Below are positions 1-11,000 of a stretch of 64,000 bases of DNA, in pieces. Below the pieces are notes generated by a model, which was not told where the DNA came from, searched no databases, and was given only the letters and a program-made list of their open reading frames with translations. The stretch comes from an uncultured Bacteroidales bacterium (GTDB taxonomy: Bacteria; Bacteroidota; Bacteroidia; Bacteroidales; PWNQ01), in the NCBI GenBank assembly GCA_964477095.1, contig CAYZDA010000007.1, positions 13,446 to 77,445 on the forward strand. Direction: 5' to 3'. The translations under genes were made by a program, and so were the position numbers. Within the stretch, counting starts at the first letter, position 1; the number at the start of each line of letters is the position of its first letter.

Positions 1-2730
1 GGAGACCCGGCCTTTAATGTCAACGATGTAAACAGTTTTAACAATGGAGCAAAAACTCCTGTATTTTTCAGCATCAACTGCCTGACAGGGAAATTCCTCG
101 AAACAGAATGCTTTGCAGAAAAACTGCTTCGCAAAACAGGCGGAGGTGCTGTAGGTGTATTCGCCCATGCCGAGGTTAGCTACAGTGGGTATAATGATGC
201 ACTGTCGCTGGGAATATTTGACGGGATATGGAGCAATCCCGGCCTGGTACCTAATTTTACCGGAAGTGGAGGAATATCCAATCCTGTTTTGTTTCCGCAT
301 GATGATATCCGCACCGGCGGTGATCTTGTAAACCACAGTCTGGCAATAATGGAAGCTACCTGGGGTGTAAGCCAGTATACAAATGAACTATTCCATTATT
401 TTGGTGATCCTGCCATGGAAATCAGGGTTAACAATCCTGATCCTGTTTTTGCTGTTGCTGCAGATTCAATCAACTGCAGCTCCGACTCAGCACTTGCTTT
501 AACCAGCTTAAACACCGACAGTGTAACAGCCACTTTGGTGGTTGATGGTAAACTGATGGGTAAAGAAATTCTAACAGGACAGGTGGACACGTTAAATTTT
601 GAAAAAGTAGGCGGGAATTTCGCACTGCTCACACTGTCAAAATCAGGCTATGCTCCTTTTGTAGATACTATCTACATAAAAGGAGGCTGCCCCAGAGCAA
701 AAATACTGATGGCTGCTTCTATGTATTGCGTAGAAGACAGCATTCAGTTTTCTGAAAACAGCTTTGGAAATATCACCAGCTATTCCTGGAATTTTGGCGC
801 CGGTGCCAGTCCGGCCTCTGCAACTACAGCCGGACCACACAAAGTTGCATACAGCAGTGGCGGTAACAAAAAAGTAACTTTAACGGTAACTACAGCATCA
901 GGCCTTTATCACACGGATTCTGTTTCATTCCACGTAGATAATATTTGCAAGTATAATATTCCGGTAACAGGAAACCTGATTATCGATAAATGCAACGGCC
1001 AGCTGTTTGATGATGGAGGTGAGTTTGCAGTTTATTCAAACAATATAGATAATTCTGTTACTATAGCGCCGACCGGGGCCAGCTCTATTTCACTTTCTTT
1101 TTCTGAATTCCATTTTGAAGACGGATATGATTATCTGAAAATTTATGACGGCCCGGATGTGAACTCACCACTCATAGGAAGCTATGATGGTAACTCATTG
1201 CCAAATGGAGGAATTATTAATTCTACTTCTAATGCAATTACCATCAGGCAACAAACTGATCAGTATGTCAATGAATCGGGGTTTGCCCTGCATTGGCAAT
1301 GCAGCTATCCAAACACTCCGCCATCTGCTAACTTCAAGGTATCCGACTCAGTAAGCTGTACCGGTATTATAAATTTCCGCGATCTTTCAATTTTTGGACC
1401 CATGAGCTGGGAATGGGACTTTGGTGACGGAAACACTTCCACTACACAAAATCCTACACATCAATATGCTGCCAATGGAACTTACACCGTGAAGCTAAAA
1501 GTAGTGAATTCCTACGGAGCAGATTCAGTTATTAAAAGCAACCTGGTGTCTGTAAACATGCCTCCTGAGCCAACAGCACAAGCAGGAATCCGGTGTAAAA
1601 CAGGCAGTGTGCAGCTCACAGCACAGCCACCTGCATCAGGAAGTGACTACCTGAGGTGGTTTAGCAGCGCCTACTCCGGCAGTGTTCTTGATACCGGAAA
1701 CACTTTTACCACACCCATGCTCGGGTCGTCGCGTACATATTACGTGGACAATGCCAGGGAAAAAGCTTCGCTCTACGGTGCAAAAGCAGATAATACCGGG
1801 GGTGGCGGATACTTTATCTCGCCCAATGAGCATCACCTCGTTTTTGATGTACACAAACCATCGCGCCTTATTTCTGTAAAGGTATATGCTGCTAATGCAG
1901 GAAACCGTAATATTGAAATCAGGAATAATAACGGGCAGATTATTGACTCGAAAAATGTGTACATCCCTGCAGGTGAAAATCGCATTACCCTTGATTTTGA
2001 TTTGCTGCCAGGATCAGATTATGAAATTAGCGGACCCGAATCCCCGAATCTATACAGAAATAATGCCGGGCTTACATTTCCTTATGTGGTATCCGACCTT
2101 ATAACCATAAAAGAAAGCAGCGCCAGCAGTGACCCAACCGGTTATTACTATTATTTCTACGACTGGGAAGTAAAAGGGCCTCCATGTCATTCCAAAAGAG
2201 TAAAAGTTGAGGCCATAGTGTCGGATACCCTGAGACCTGTACCTGATTTCACATACAGCATTGATACAACCCTTGTAAAGTTTAATGACAGGAGTAAACA
2301 TGCCACTTCTCATGCCTGGGATTTTGATGACGGCAATACTTCAAACCTGCCGAATCCTGATCACCAGTATACTGCGGCAGGAACATATGAGATATTACTC
2401 ACTGCCTTTAATGCCTGCGGATCAGATTCAGTTAGCAAGACCATTCAGATAAATCCGGCAGCTATCGAAACTTACAGTGAAAATAACCTTCATGTGTATC
2501 CTAACCCAGCCAGCAATCATGTATTTATTGAACTTCCGGATGAGATAAAAGGAACTGTAGTAATACAGCTTATCGACAGCCGTGGCAGACAAGTTTCATC
2601 ACAGATTACTGACATCAACAATAATCAGCCGGTGATCAGGCATGATCTTAATAATATTGCATCCGGAGCATATTATGTTTTACTGCATTGTGAAGAAGAA
2701 ACATATATAGCAAAGGTTGTAGTTGAATAA
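1..2730 (+). CDS. Peptidase C25 (gingipain-like) family secreted protein, 5'-partial; PKD, CUB-like and Ig-like modules and a T9SS C-terminal sorting domain
   Basis: Frame 1 is open from nt 1, so the listed ORF at 289 is only the first in-frame Met. Residues from nt 1 (TPVFFSINCLTGKF..CFAEKLL..GGAVGVFAHAEVSYSGYNDALS..ELFHYFGDPAM) are paralogous to the catalytic-Cys region of the downstream gene. PKD-like motifs WEWDFGDGNTS and WDFDDGNTS. C-terminal LHVYPNPASNHVFIEL... is a typical T9SS CTD. Confidence 0.85.
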   Translation, partial: GDPAFNVNDVNSFNNGAKTPVFFSINCLTGKFLETECFAEKLLRKTGGGAVGVFAHAEVSYSGYNDALSLGIFDGIWSNPGLVPNFTGSGGISNPVLFPHDDIRTGGDLVNHSLAIMEATWGVSQYTNELFHYFGDPAMEIRVNNPDPVFAVAADSINCSSDSALALTSLNTDSVTATLVVDGKLMGKEILTGQVDTLNFEKVGGNFALLTLSKSGYAPFVDTIYIKGGCPRAKILMAASMYCVEDSIQFSENSFGNITSYSWNFGAGASPASATTAGPHKVAYSSGGNKKVTLTVTTASGLYHTDSVSFHVDNICKYNIPVTGNLIIDKCNGQLFDDGGEFAVYSNNIDNSVTIAPTGASSISLSFSEFHFEDGYDYLKIYDGPDVNSPLIGSYDGNSLPNGGIINSTSNAITIRQQTDQYVNESGFALHWQCSYPNTPPSANFKVSDSVSCTGIINFRDLSIFGPMSWEWDFGDGNTSTTQNPTHQYAANGTYTVKLKVVNSYGADSVIKSNLVSVNMPPEPTAQAGIRCKTGSVQLTAQPPASGSDYLRWFSSAYSGSVLDTGNTFTTPMLGSSRTYYVDNAREKASLYGAKADNTGGGGYFISPNEHHLVFDVHKPSRLISVKVYAANAGNRNIEIRNNNGQIIDSKNVYIPAGENRITLDFDLLPGSDYEISGPESPNLYRNNAGLTFPYVVSDLITIKESSASSDPTGYYYYFYDWEVKGPPCHSKRVKVEAIVSDTLRPVPDFTYSIDTTLVKFNDRSKHATSHAWDFDDGNTSNLPNPDHQYTAAGTYEILLTAFNACGSDSVSKTIQINPAAIETYSENNLHVYPNPASNHVFIELPDEIKGTVVIQLIDSRGRQVSSQITDINNNQPVIRHDLNNIASGAYYVLLHCEEETYIAKVVVE

Positions 2731-2816
2731 TCAGGAAAGTAATAAAAGGCCAGGGTGTTTTGCATACATAAACCAGATTCCGTAAAGCAAAGCACCTTTT
2801 TTTAAACACCTAAATT

Positions 2817-5800
2817 ATGAGGCAGTTTTTACTATTTGGTATGCTGATGTCAGTTTTTGCGGTTTATGCACAGCAGGATCAGCCAAAAGTCATTCGAAAC
2901 TTCAATGATGATGGCATTAATGGCATCAGCGTAAGTTACCAGATCAATGACATGGCTATACACCGGGAAATCATCAACGGCCAGCAGTTTCACAGGATAA
3001 ATATAAAAGACTTCAGCTATCTGCACCGGGAAGGAAAACCTGCTTTACCTTCCAACCGTGATATGATTCTAATACCGGAAAACATACAGGCTAAAATTAA
3101 TCTAACCATACTGGAGGCAGATACCTTCAGTAACATCACAGCCTGGCCTGCTCAGCAGCCGCATTCTGACGAGGATGAACAACAAGTGCAGCAGCATAAC
3201 TTTATTATGGATTCTGCTTTTTATAATCAGGATATTTATTACCCGCAGAAGGCAGTTGACCTAAAGCAGGATCAAAAAATCAGGAATATGGCTGTAGGGG
3301 TAGTTCATGTAACACCTTTCAGGTATAATCCTGTGAAAAAAGAACTCATTCTACTCAGAAAGTTCAGGTATGAAATAAGTTTTCCGGGTGCCAGTTCCTT
3401 TTTTGATGATATTTCGCGACACAGCCATCAATACCTGCAAACACTTCCTTCAAAATTCATTAATTCATCGTCTGTTTCCAGTGAAATCAGAAAGCACACG
3501 GCATCGGTAAAATCTTCGGCATCTGACTATATTATTATCAGCCATACGGATTTCAGCATGGCGGCGGACACACTTGCCCGCTGGAAGCATCAGCTTGGCT
3601 ACCGGGTGAGTGTAATCAAGCGGTCATTCTGGACACCTGCTATGATCCGCGACACGCTAAGCCATCTATATCACAACAGTTCTGCATATCCGGATTATTT
3701 TGTGATCCTGGGTGACCAGCAGTTCGTCCCGGCCATGCTGGTAAATCCGTCCAAAAACCGCTATTCCGATCTCTATTATGCATGTATGGACAGTGTAAAT
3801 GATTATTATCCTGATATGGCACATGGGCGTATAACTGCCAAATCGCAGCTTGAGGCTCTTGATGTAGTAAAAAAAATCCGCAACTATGAGCAGTCACCTC
3901 CCTCCTCTCCTTCCTTTTATAATACAGCATTAAATTGTGCTTACTTTCAGGATGATGACACCTCCGGCTATGCTTCAAGGCGCTTTGTACATACCAGTGA
4001 AGAAGTAAGGAATTACCTGCTTTCACTGAATTATAATGTCAACCGGGTATATTACACAGATCCGTGGGTAACACCCACTCATTACAATCCGTCCCACTAT
4101 TCAAGCGGGCAGCCCCTGCCGGCGGATTTGCTTCGCTTCAATGGTTTCAACTGGGACGGGGACGGCCAGGATGTGGTGAATGAAATCAACAACGGCAGGT
4201 TTATCGTACTGCACCGTGATCACGGATACACCAATGGCTGGAGCGAACCTGACCTATCCTCGGCTCAGATACCCTCTATGACAAACGGTGAGGAACTGCC
4301 TGTGGTTTTCAGCATCAATTGCTCATCGGGTAATTTTATTGCCGACAAGTGTTTTGCAGAAAAGCTGCTACATAGAAATAATGGTGGGGCAGTGGGGGTC
4401 ATAGCTGCATCTGCCACCAGCTACAGTGGTTATAATGACGGTTTTTCCACGGGTCTTTTTGATGCCATCTGGGCAAACCCCGGATTAATTCCTGCTTTCG
4501 GCAACGGTGGTATCCAGAATCCTAACATAACACCCCACGGTAATATCCGGACGATGGGTGATGTGCTGAATCATGGGCTGCTTAGAATGACCCAGACCTG
4601 GGGCGACAGCCGTACTTCACACGAATTGTTTCACTACCACGGTGATCCGTCTATGAGAATTCATACTCATCAACCTGCGGTAATCACAGCCAGCCACCAG
4701 GATACGCTTATATGCGACTCAATGAGTCTTCAGATTTATTCGTCATCAAAAAACGATGCTGTGGCAACGCTGGTAATGGGAGATACACTTCTTGACCGGA
4801 TACAGCTTATAAGCGGGACCGGGACGCTGCAGTTTCCAGCCGTCAGTAATCTTTATCCATACGCCACACTTACCATCAGCGCTGAAGGATACAGGCCATA
4901 CGTTGCACAGATACCAGTAACCGGCTGTTCCAATCCGCCGCTGGCTGATATATTCATAAAAGATACTATCCTAAGCTGCTTCAGTAGTTCAACCTGGCTT
5001 TACGACAAATCAGCATATCAGCCGCTGTCAGTAAGCTGGCAGTTTACACCATCACAGGTAACCTACCTTAGCGGGAACGCCTCAGCTAAAAACATCCATG
5101 TTCAGTTTGCGGATACAGGCTATTATGATGTCAGGCTCATTGCCGGCAATCCGTTTGGAACTGATACACTGCTGCAGAATAAAAGGATATATGTTTACCC
5201 GGCACAGCCCGCTCCTTACACCGAAACGGCAGAGCAATTTTCATCATTTGGTTATGAAGATTCGCTCTGGAACAGATATTCCAATTCAGGCTATGAATGG
5301 CGCATTCACCAGGATAGCACACCTTCATTTACCACAGGCCCGATCGTGGATCATACCACCGGGACATCCCAGGGGCATTATTTTTATACGGAAGCATCCT
5401 CCGGGAATAAAGGTGATAGTGCCATACTCACTTCCCCGGTTGTAAACATCGGTAACCTGAACAATCCGGCCCTGAGTTTCTGGTACCATATGTTTGGTGC
5501 TGAAATTGATGTGCTGTACGTTGAGGTTTCCGCAGGAGCGGTTTGGCATACCCTTGCAGCTATCCATGGCACTCAGCAAACAGCATATGATGATCCCTGG
5601 ATCAATAAAATGGTGGACCTTTCTGCTTATAAGGGCGAATGTATTAAGATAAGGTTCACAGCCATCCGGGGCAGCAACTATCATGGAGATATTGCAATTG
5701 ATGATATAGCGCTGATCGACCACAGCAGTGCACCTGCAGCAGCTTTCAGCGCAACTGACCGTTATACCTGCTGCGGGCATCAGGTTAGTTTTGAGGATCT

Positions 5801-7076
5801 GAGCTGTTGTGGAACAACCGCCAGGGAGTGGACCTTTCCGGGAGGGAATCCGCAAACATCATCTATGAAAAAGCCCGTAGTAACCTATGATACAGCAGGA
5901 TTTTACAGTGTAACTTTAAAGATTCAAAACAACTTCGGACAGGATTCCCTGGTAAAATATTACCATATCACAGTGAAAGATAATCAGGATCTGCCACTTG
6001 CCGAGGATTTTGAGTCATTTTATCCCGGTAATCCCGGCATTTTTCAAAACGACTGGTTTACTGAGAAATCGCACAAATTCAACTGGCGCGTTAATAATGG
6101 CAGCACACCTACTTCACAAACAGGCCCGGCCTTTGATCATACAAAGGGAAACATGCAAGGCAACTATGTTTACACTGAAGCTTCATATGTAACAGGAGGG
6201 CAAAAAGCCTGGCTGATTTCACCCTGCATCAATATACCGGAAAACCACAGAACCTATCTCACTTTCTGGACACATATGTTTGGAAGCGGAATAGATACAC
6301 TTTACGTGGACGTAAATGACGGGCACACGTGGAACAGGAATGTCTTTAAGATTGGAGGTGAATTACAACAAAGTATTACTGATAACTGGCAGCAAATGAA
6401 AGCCGACCTTTCGGCATTTGCCGGTAAAAATATTCAGTTCCGCTTTCGCTCTATCAGAAGGGGAAGTTACCACGATGATAAAGCTATTGATGATGTACTG
6501 GTTACTGCAGGCCAGATGAAGATCAGGCCCGATACTATCAACTTTGGATACACAGACACAAACCAGGTGGTAACTGACAGTATAACAATAATCAATACCA
6601 GTATTGATACGCTTCTGGTGAGTAATTTCAGCCTGCCAGCACCTTTCCAGCTTAGTTCTCCGTCAAATCTGGCAATCCCACCCGGTGATTCTGTAAGCCT
6701 GGAGGTAACATTTAATCCATCCTCGGCAAGCAACTATCAGGGTGTGCTCAAAGTAGTTTCAGATATAAACCCTGATTCAGTATTCCTTGCCGGACACGGC
6801 AGTAATGTTGGGTTGGAATTTACGGGTAAGGATGTTAGACTGGAGATATTCCCCAATCCGGCTTCTGAAAAACTGTTTATAAAAGCAGGGGGCATACAAG
6901 GAAAAATCACCTGCTTGATAACAGATGCCAGAGGAAGCACTATTGATCGCCGCGAATTAACTACCACGGCCAGGGAAGTAATAGTTCTGGACATCAACAT
7001 GCTGTCAGCGGGGATATACTCCCTGCAGATTATTTCTGATCAGCAAATTATTACTGAAAGATTTATCAGGGAATAA
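2817..7076 (+). CDS. Peptidase C25 (gingipain-like) family protein with two MAM domains, a PKD domain and a T9SS C-terminal sorting domain
   Basis: Signal peptide MRQFLLFGMLMSVFAVYAQ. Catalytic His context VLHRDHGYTNGW (His codon 4221-4223) and Cys context VVFSINCSSGNF (Cys codon 4320-4322). Two MAM-like modules (TGPIVDHTTGTSQGHYFYTEAS...GDIAIDDIAL and TGPAFDHTKGNMQGNYVYTEAS...KAIDDVLV). C-terminal LEIFPNPASEKLFIKAGG is a T9SS CTD. Confidence 0.85.
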   Translation: MRQFLLFGMLMSVFAVYAQQDQPKVIRNFNDDGINGISVSYQINDMAIHREIINGQQFHRINIKDFSYLHREGKPALPSNRDMILIPENIQAKINLTILEADTFSNITAWPAQQPHSDEDEQQVQQHNFIMDSAFYNQDIYYPQKAVDLKQDQKIRNMAVGVVHVTPFRYNPVKKELILLRKFRYEISFPGASSFFDDISRHSHQYLQTLPSKFINSSSVSSEIRKHTASVKSSASDYIIISHTDFSMAADTLARWKHQLGYRVSVIKRSFWTPAMIRDTLSHLYHNSSAYPDYFVILGDQQFVPAMLVNPSKNRYSDLYYACMDSVNDYYPDMAHGRITAKSQLEALDVVKKIRNYEQSPPSSPSFYNTALNCAYFQDDDTSGYASRRFVHTSEEVRNYLLSLNYNVNRVYYTDPWVTPTHYNPSHYSSGQPLPADLLRFNGFNWDGDGQDVVNEINNGRFIVLHRDHGYTNGWSEPDLSSAQIPSMTNGEELPVVFSINCSSGNFIADKCFAEKLLHRNNGGAVGVIAASATSYSGYNDGFSTGLFDAIWANPGLIPAFGNGGIQNPNITPHGNIRTMGDVLNHGLLRMTQTWGDSRTSHELFHYHGDPSMRIHTHQPAVITASHQDTLICDSMSLQIYSSSKNDAVATLVMGDTLLDRIQLISGTGTLQFPAVSNLYPYATLTISAEGYRPYVAQIPVTGCSNPPLADIFIKDTILSCFSSSTWLYDKSAYQPLSVSWQFTPSQVTYLSGNASAKNIHVQFADTGYYDVRLIAGNPFGTDTLLQNKRIYVYPAQPAPYTETAEQFSSFGYEDSLWNRYSNSGYEWRIHQDSTPSFTTGPIVDHTTGTSQGHYFYTEASSGNKGDSAILTSPVVNIGNLNNPALSFWYHMFGAEIDVLYVEVSAGAVWHTLAAIHGTQQTAYDDPWINKMVDLSAYKGECIKIRFTAIRGSNYHGDIAIDDIALIDHSSAPAAAFSATDRYTCCGHQVSFEDLSCCGTTAREWTFPGGNPQTSSMKKPVVTYDTAGFYSVTLKIQNNFGQDSLVKYYHITVKDNQDLPLAEDFESFYPGNPGIFQNDWFTEKSHKFNWRVNNGSTPTSQTGPAFDHTKGNMQGNYVYTEASYVTGGQKAWLISPCINIPENHRTYLTFWTHMFGSGIDTLYVDVNDGHTWNRNVFKIGGELQQSITDNWQQMKADLSAFAGKNIQFRFRSIRRGSYHDDKAIDDVLVTAGQMKIRPDTINFGYTDTNQVVTDSITIINTSIDTLLVSNFSLPAPFQLSSPSNLAIPPGDSVSLEVTFNPSSASNYQGVLKVVSDINPDSVFLAGHGSNVGLEFTGKDVRLEIFPNPASEKLFIKAGGIQGKITCLITDARGSTIDRRELTTTAREVIVLDINMLSAGIYSLQIISDQQIITERFIRE

Positions 7077-7091
7077 ATTTATGAAACCGCA

Positions 7092-7949
7092 TCAGAGTCT
7101 TTGCAGGTGGTAATCCACCAGGTGATCAGCCGGATTCTTAATGACAAGCTCCACCTTCATATTAAATTCTTCAGCCACAACTGACAGGCTGTCTTTAAAG
7201 TGATATGCAACGGAACCTGTCAGGCGCAGCGGGAAATCGCGATAAGAAGCATACCGGCATATCTGGTAGCGGAAATAGTCGCTAAAACAATTTCTTATGA
7301 TCTGCTGAATAAAAGGTGAATCGTTATTTTCACCACAGAATGCTGAAAATTTGGCAAGGAAGCGGTTTGGATTTGGTTTGTTATACACCTGATCCAGTAT
7401 CTGCTCTTTTGAATATCCCAGTTGTTCATCAAATCTTTTTTGAATTCCGGCTGGCAACTCATCTTTCAGAAATGCTTTAACCAGGCTTTTTCCTATATGC
7501 GCTCCACTTCCTTCATCACCGAAAAAGTAACCCAGCGAGAATACATTTTCAGATATTTTTCCATCAACATATTTACAGGAATTTGAGCCTGTTCCAAGTA
7601 TCCCTGCTATCCCGTTCTGGTCGCCAAAAAGTGCACGGGCAGCCGCAAGCAGATCATGGTGTACAAAAACCTCCGCTTGTGAAAAAAAACGACCAAGCGC
7701 AGCATACACCTTACGTTTTTTCCCATCAGCAGAACATCCTGCTCCGTAAAACCATATTTTTTTAACCGATCGCGGCTCAATTGCATCACCCCATTGTTTC
7801 AGGATGGATTGATATATTTCCTTCGCACTCATGAAGTAAGGATTAATTCCAGATGTCAGAACTCTCTGTTTCTGATGAAAATCACTGGTATTTAGAACCC
7901 TCCAGTCAGTTTTTGTGGAACCGCTATCAGCTATTATTATATTTGCCAT
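7092..7949 (-). CDS. N-acetylglucosamine kinase-like ATPase (BadF/BadG/BcrA/BcrD family)
   Basis: N-terminal phosphate-1 motif IIADSGSTKTDW, plus GILGTGSNS and GDEGSGAHIG motifs of the ASKHA/BadF-type sugar kinase fold. 285 aa. Confidence 0.7.
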   Translation of the reverse strand: MANIIIADSGSTKTDWRVLNTSDFHQKQRVLTSGINPYFMSAKEIYQSILKQWGDAIEPRSVKKIWFYGAGCSADGKKRKVYAALGRFFSQAEVFVHHDLLAAARALFGDQNGIAGILGTGSNSCKYVDGKISENVFSLGYFFGDEGSGAHIGKSLVKAFLKDELPAGIQKRFDEQLGYSKEQILDQVYNKPNPNRFLAKFSAFCGENNDSPFIQQIIRNCFSDYFRYQICRYASYRDFPLRLTGSVAYHFKDSLSVVAEEFNMKVELVIKNPADHLVDYHLQRL

Positions 7950-8002
7950 TCAGGGAAAAGATTAATAATCATTAGTTGTTAGCAATAATAAAACAAATTT
8001 CG

Positions 8003-8010
8003 TAATTTTG
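8003..8010 (+). promoter_or_regulatory. Bacteroidota -7 promoter element TAnnTTTG upstream of the pseudokinase/kinase pair
   Basis: taattttg, 31 nt before the ATG at 8041. Confidence 0.5.
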
Positions 8011-8040
8011 GAAATTCTGAACAGCGCCAAAATACCCGCT

Positions 8041-11000
8041 ATGAAAAATTCGCGATATTACATGCTTGCTGCTGTTTGCATGACAATAGCCTTATTGATT
8101 CCGGTATTATCCCATGCATACAGCCACGAACAAATAGCCGACAGCCTGAAACAGGAGCTTACCGAAACCAGGAATTCTGAAAAAAAGTTTAATATCCTGC
8201 ACCAGCTAGCCGAGGTGTATTATAAGGAAGACCCTGAGCAAGCAAAAGAATATATCAGCAGAGCAATAACAATAGCCCGGAATGATAACAACAAGAAAGG
8301 AATGTTGCTGGCCTGTGATTACCTTGGAACACTTCACAGGCAATTGGGGAACTATGATTCTTCATTGTATTACCATCAAAAGGCAATGAAATATCTTAAG
8401 TCAGTGGATCAGCCGCTTATGAAAGCCCGCGCTCTTAATAATTTTGCACGCTTATACCAGGTAGAGAATAAACTGGACAGCGCATTGCATTACTACAATA
8501 AAAGCCTGATAATAAAGGAAAAGCATGGCGATCCGGAGGATATCTCAAACACATTGATCAATATCGGGGTGCTTAACTGGCGGCAGGCAAAGTATATCAA
8601 AGCGCAGGAATATTTCTTCGATGCACTGAAGATCAAAAGAGAGAACAATGCTCCTCCTGAGATAATCTCAGCCATACTTACAAATATCGGCACCATCTAT
8701 TTCACGACAGAAAAATATGATCTCGCCCTGAAATACTATAAAGAATCCTTTCAATTGAAAAGCGAAGCCGGTGACAAACGCGGGATGGGAACGGTTACCA
8801 GCAATATGGCTTCAGTTTATCTTAAGCAGGAAAAGCTTGACAGTGCCATGATTTTTATGGAGCAGGCCCTTGAATTAAAACGAGCTTTGAAAGATAAAAG
8901 GGGTATCGCCGGGGTACTGAATAATATGGCAACAGTGGCTAAAAAGCAAGAAAAATACAGCGAAGCACTGGATTATAATACTCAGGCATTAGAACTAAGA
9001 GAAGAAATTGGTGACCAGCGAGGAATGGCTGCATCTTATACGAACCTGGGTTCTTTATATATCCTGCAGAACAACCTTAGCAAAAGTGAGGATGCCTTAC
9101 TTAAAGCGCAGCAAATTGCCGAGAAAAATGACTTTAAGAGAATCCTGGAAAACGTATATCTTAACCTGTCCGAACTCTTCCTGGAAAGGAATAACAGCAG
9201 TAAAGCACTGGATTATTATAAAAAATATCATGAACTGAGAGAAGAATTGCTAAGCGAACAATCGCTACAAAGAATTGAGGAACTGGAACAAGAATACAGG
9301 CAGCACCAGGATAAAGAAGAGCTAAGACGCCAGGAAGCTGAAAATAAGTTAATTTCAACCCAGCTCTTAAGCTCCAAAAGAAAAACAGCTTTCCTTTGGC
9401 TGGTAATCATCCTTTTTGTAATTATAGTTTTTCTGCTTGTCTATCAAAACTATATTAAAAGAAAATACAATAAAAAACTGAAAGAAGCCAATGCTAACCT
9501 GGATAAACGGGTAAGAACCAGAACACATGAATTGCAGGTGGAAAATGATGAACGAAGGAAGGTAGAATCAAATCTGCGTGAAAGTGAAGAAAAATACCGG
9601 ACAGTAACCGAAACTGTGAATTCAGGAATTGCCATAGCTGATGTGAATGAAACCATCACATTCATGAACAATGCATTTACCCAAATGCTTGGCTATGAAA
9701 GGGATGAACTTTTGGGCAAATCACTTGAGATGATCGTTAGCGCTAAAACATTCGCCCGGTTCAAAGAAGAAACCAGAAAGCGAAAAGAAAAAGGCACTTC
9801 CAGTCAGTATATGGTTAAAATACACAGGAAAGATGGGCAGGAGCTTGATGCTATTTTATCAGCGGCTCCGTTGTATAACAATCAGGGACGCTTCGTTGGC
9901 GGAGTGGCTGCCATTACTGACGTCACTGAAATGAAAAGAGCGGAAAAATCAATTACAAATGCGCTGAGCAAATCTGACAGAATCAACAATATCAAAAATC
10001 AGTTTCTTAAAAATATCAATCAGGAGTTACGAATACCGCTAAATAATATAATCGGGATGTCAGAGGTATTACTAAACGAGCCTGAACATCTACTTAGCAA
10101 CGAACAGAAAGAGCTGATCAATACCATACATGACAGTGCTGAAGATATAAAGCATGAACTGCTGAACATTTCAAACCTGGCACAGATCACGGCATCCGAC
10201 ATACATACCAGGAGCGAAGATGTCAACCTGAGTAATGTACTGATGGAGGTGAAACGTTCACTTGGTAAGGAGGATGCAGAAATACAACTCATTAAACCAG
10301 AAGATGACGTGCTGGTGAACGGTGATAAAAAAGTAGTAACCAATATAATGGGTTCCCTGCTTGAAAATGCTGTTATTCACACCAACAATAATAAAGTGGA
10401 TGTAAAGCTTTCGCGTGATCTGGTAAAGAATATGGCACGTGTGGAGATTATTAATAAAGGAAAGCCGTTGAGCCGCCAGCAACTTGAAAAGATTCTAGAT
10501 CCGTTTGATGAAACCAGGATAGAAAATCCCCGGCAGCGCAAGAAAAAATATGATTACAGCCTGGTATGGATCAGAAAGATGCTTCAGATTTTGAACGGCA
10601 AATTTGAAATTCATCCCTTTGAGGAAACCAACATCGTGCTGGTTTTGATCCCACTTTTTGTTTCTGCTCCGGCTTCCGATCAATGTGAGGAAAAACTAAG
10701 CAAGATTCTGAAAGATCAGAAGAGCAATTTAATTTTGTTTTCCAACAGTAAAAAACTTGATGACATAAGCGAACGCATACAGGAAAAGGTTATGCAAGTG
10801 CAACACATCAAGAATGTAAAACACTTTATTGACAAGCTGGAAAGCGGTGAAAGAATTTCAGAAAATGCCGTTATTCTTATCGACAGCATGCTGGATGAAC
10901 CCTGGTCCATGCAAAAGACCATGCTCAAGATCCGGCAGTATGCACAGGACAATGCGAAATTTGTAGCCGTTATTAAAGGTACCTGTAAAGAAAATGAGAA

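Noticed and set aside
5325-5855. 176-aa minus-strand ORF inside the first MAM domain region
   Set aside because: It is antisense to a strongly supported MAM-domain coding frame.
8008-8040. TTG start for the TPR pseudokinase (also TTG 37280, TTG 43704, TTG 25562, GTG 51580, TTG 57070, ATG 54308)
   Set aside because: These are the first permissible codons of maximal ORFs. Several overlap TAnnTTTG promoter motifs or precede obvious signal or lipoprotein peptides that begin at downstream ATGs.
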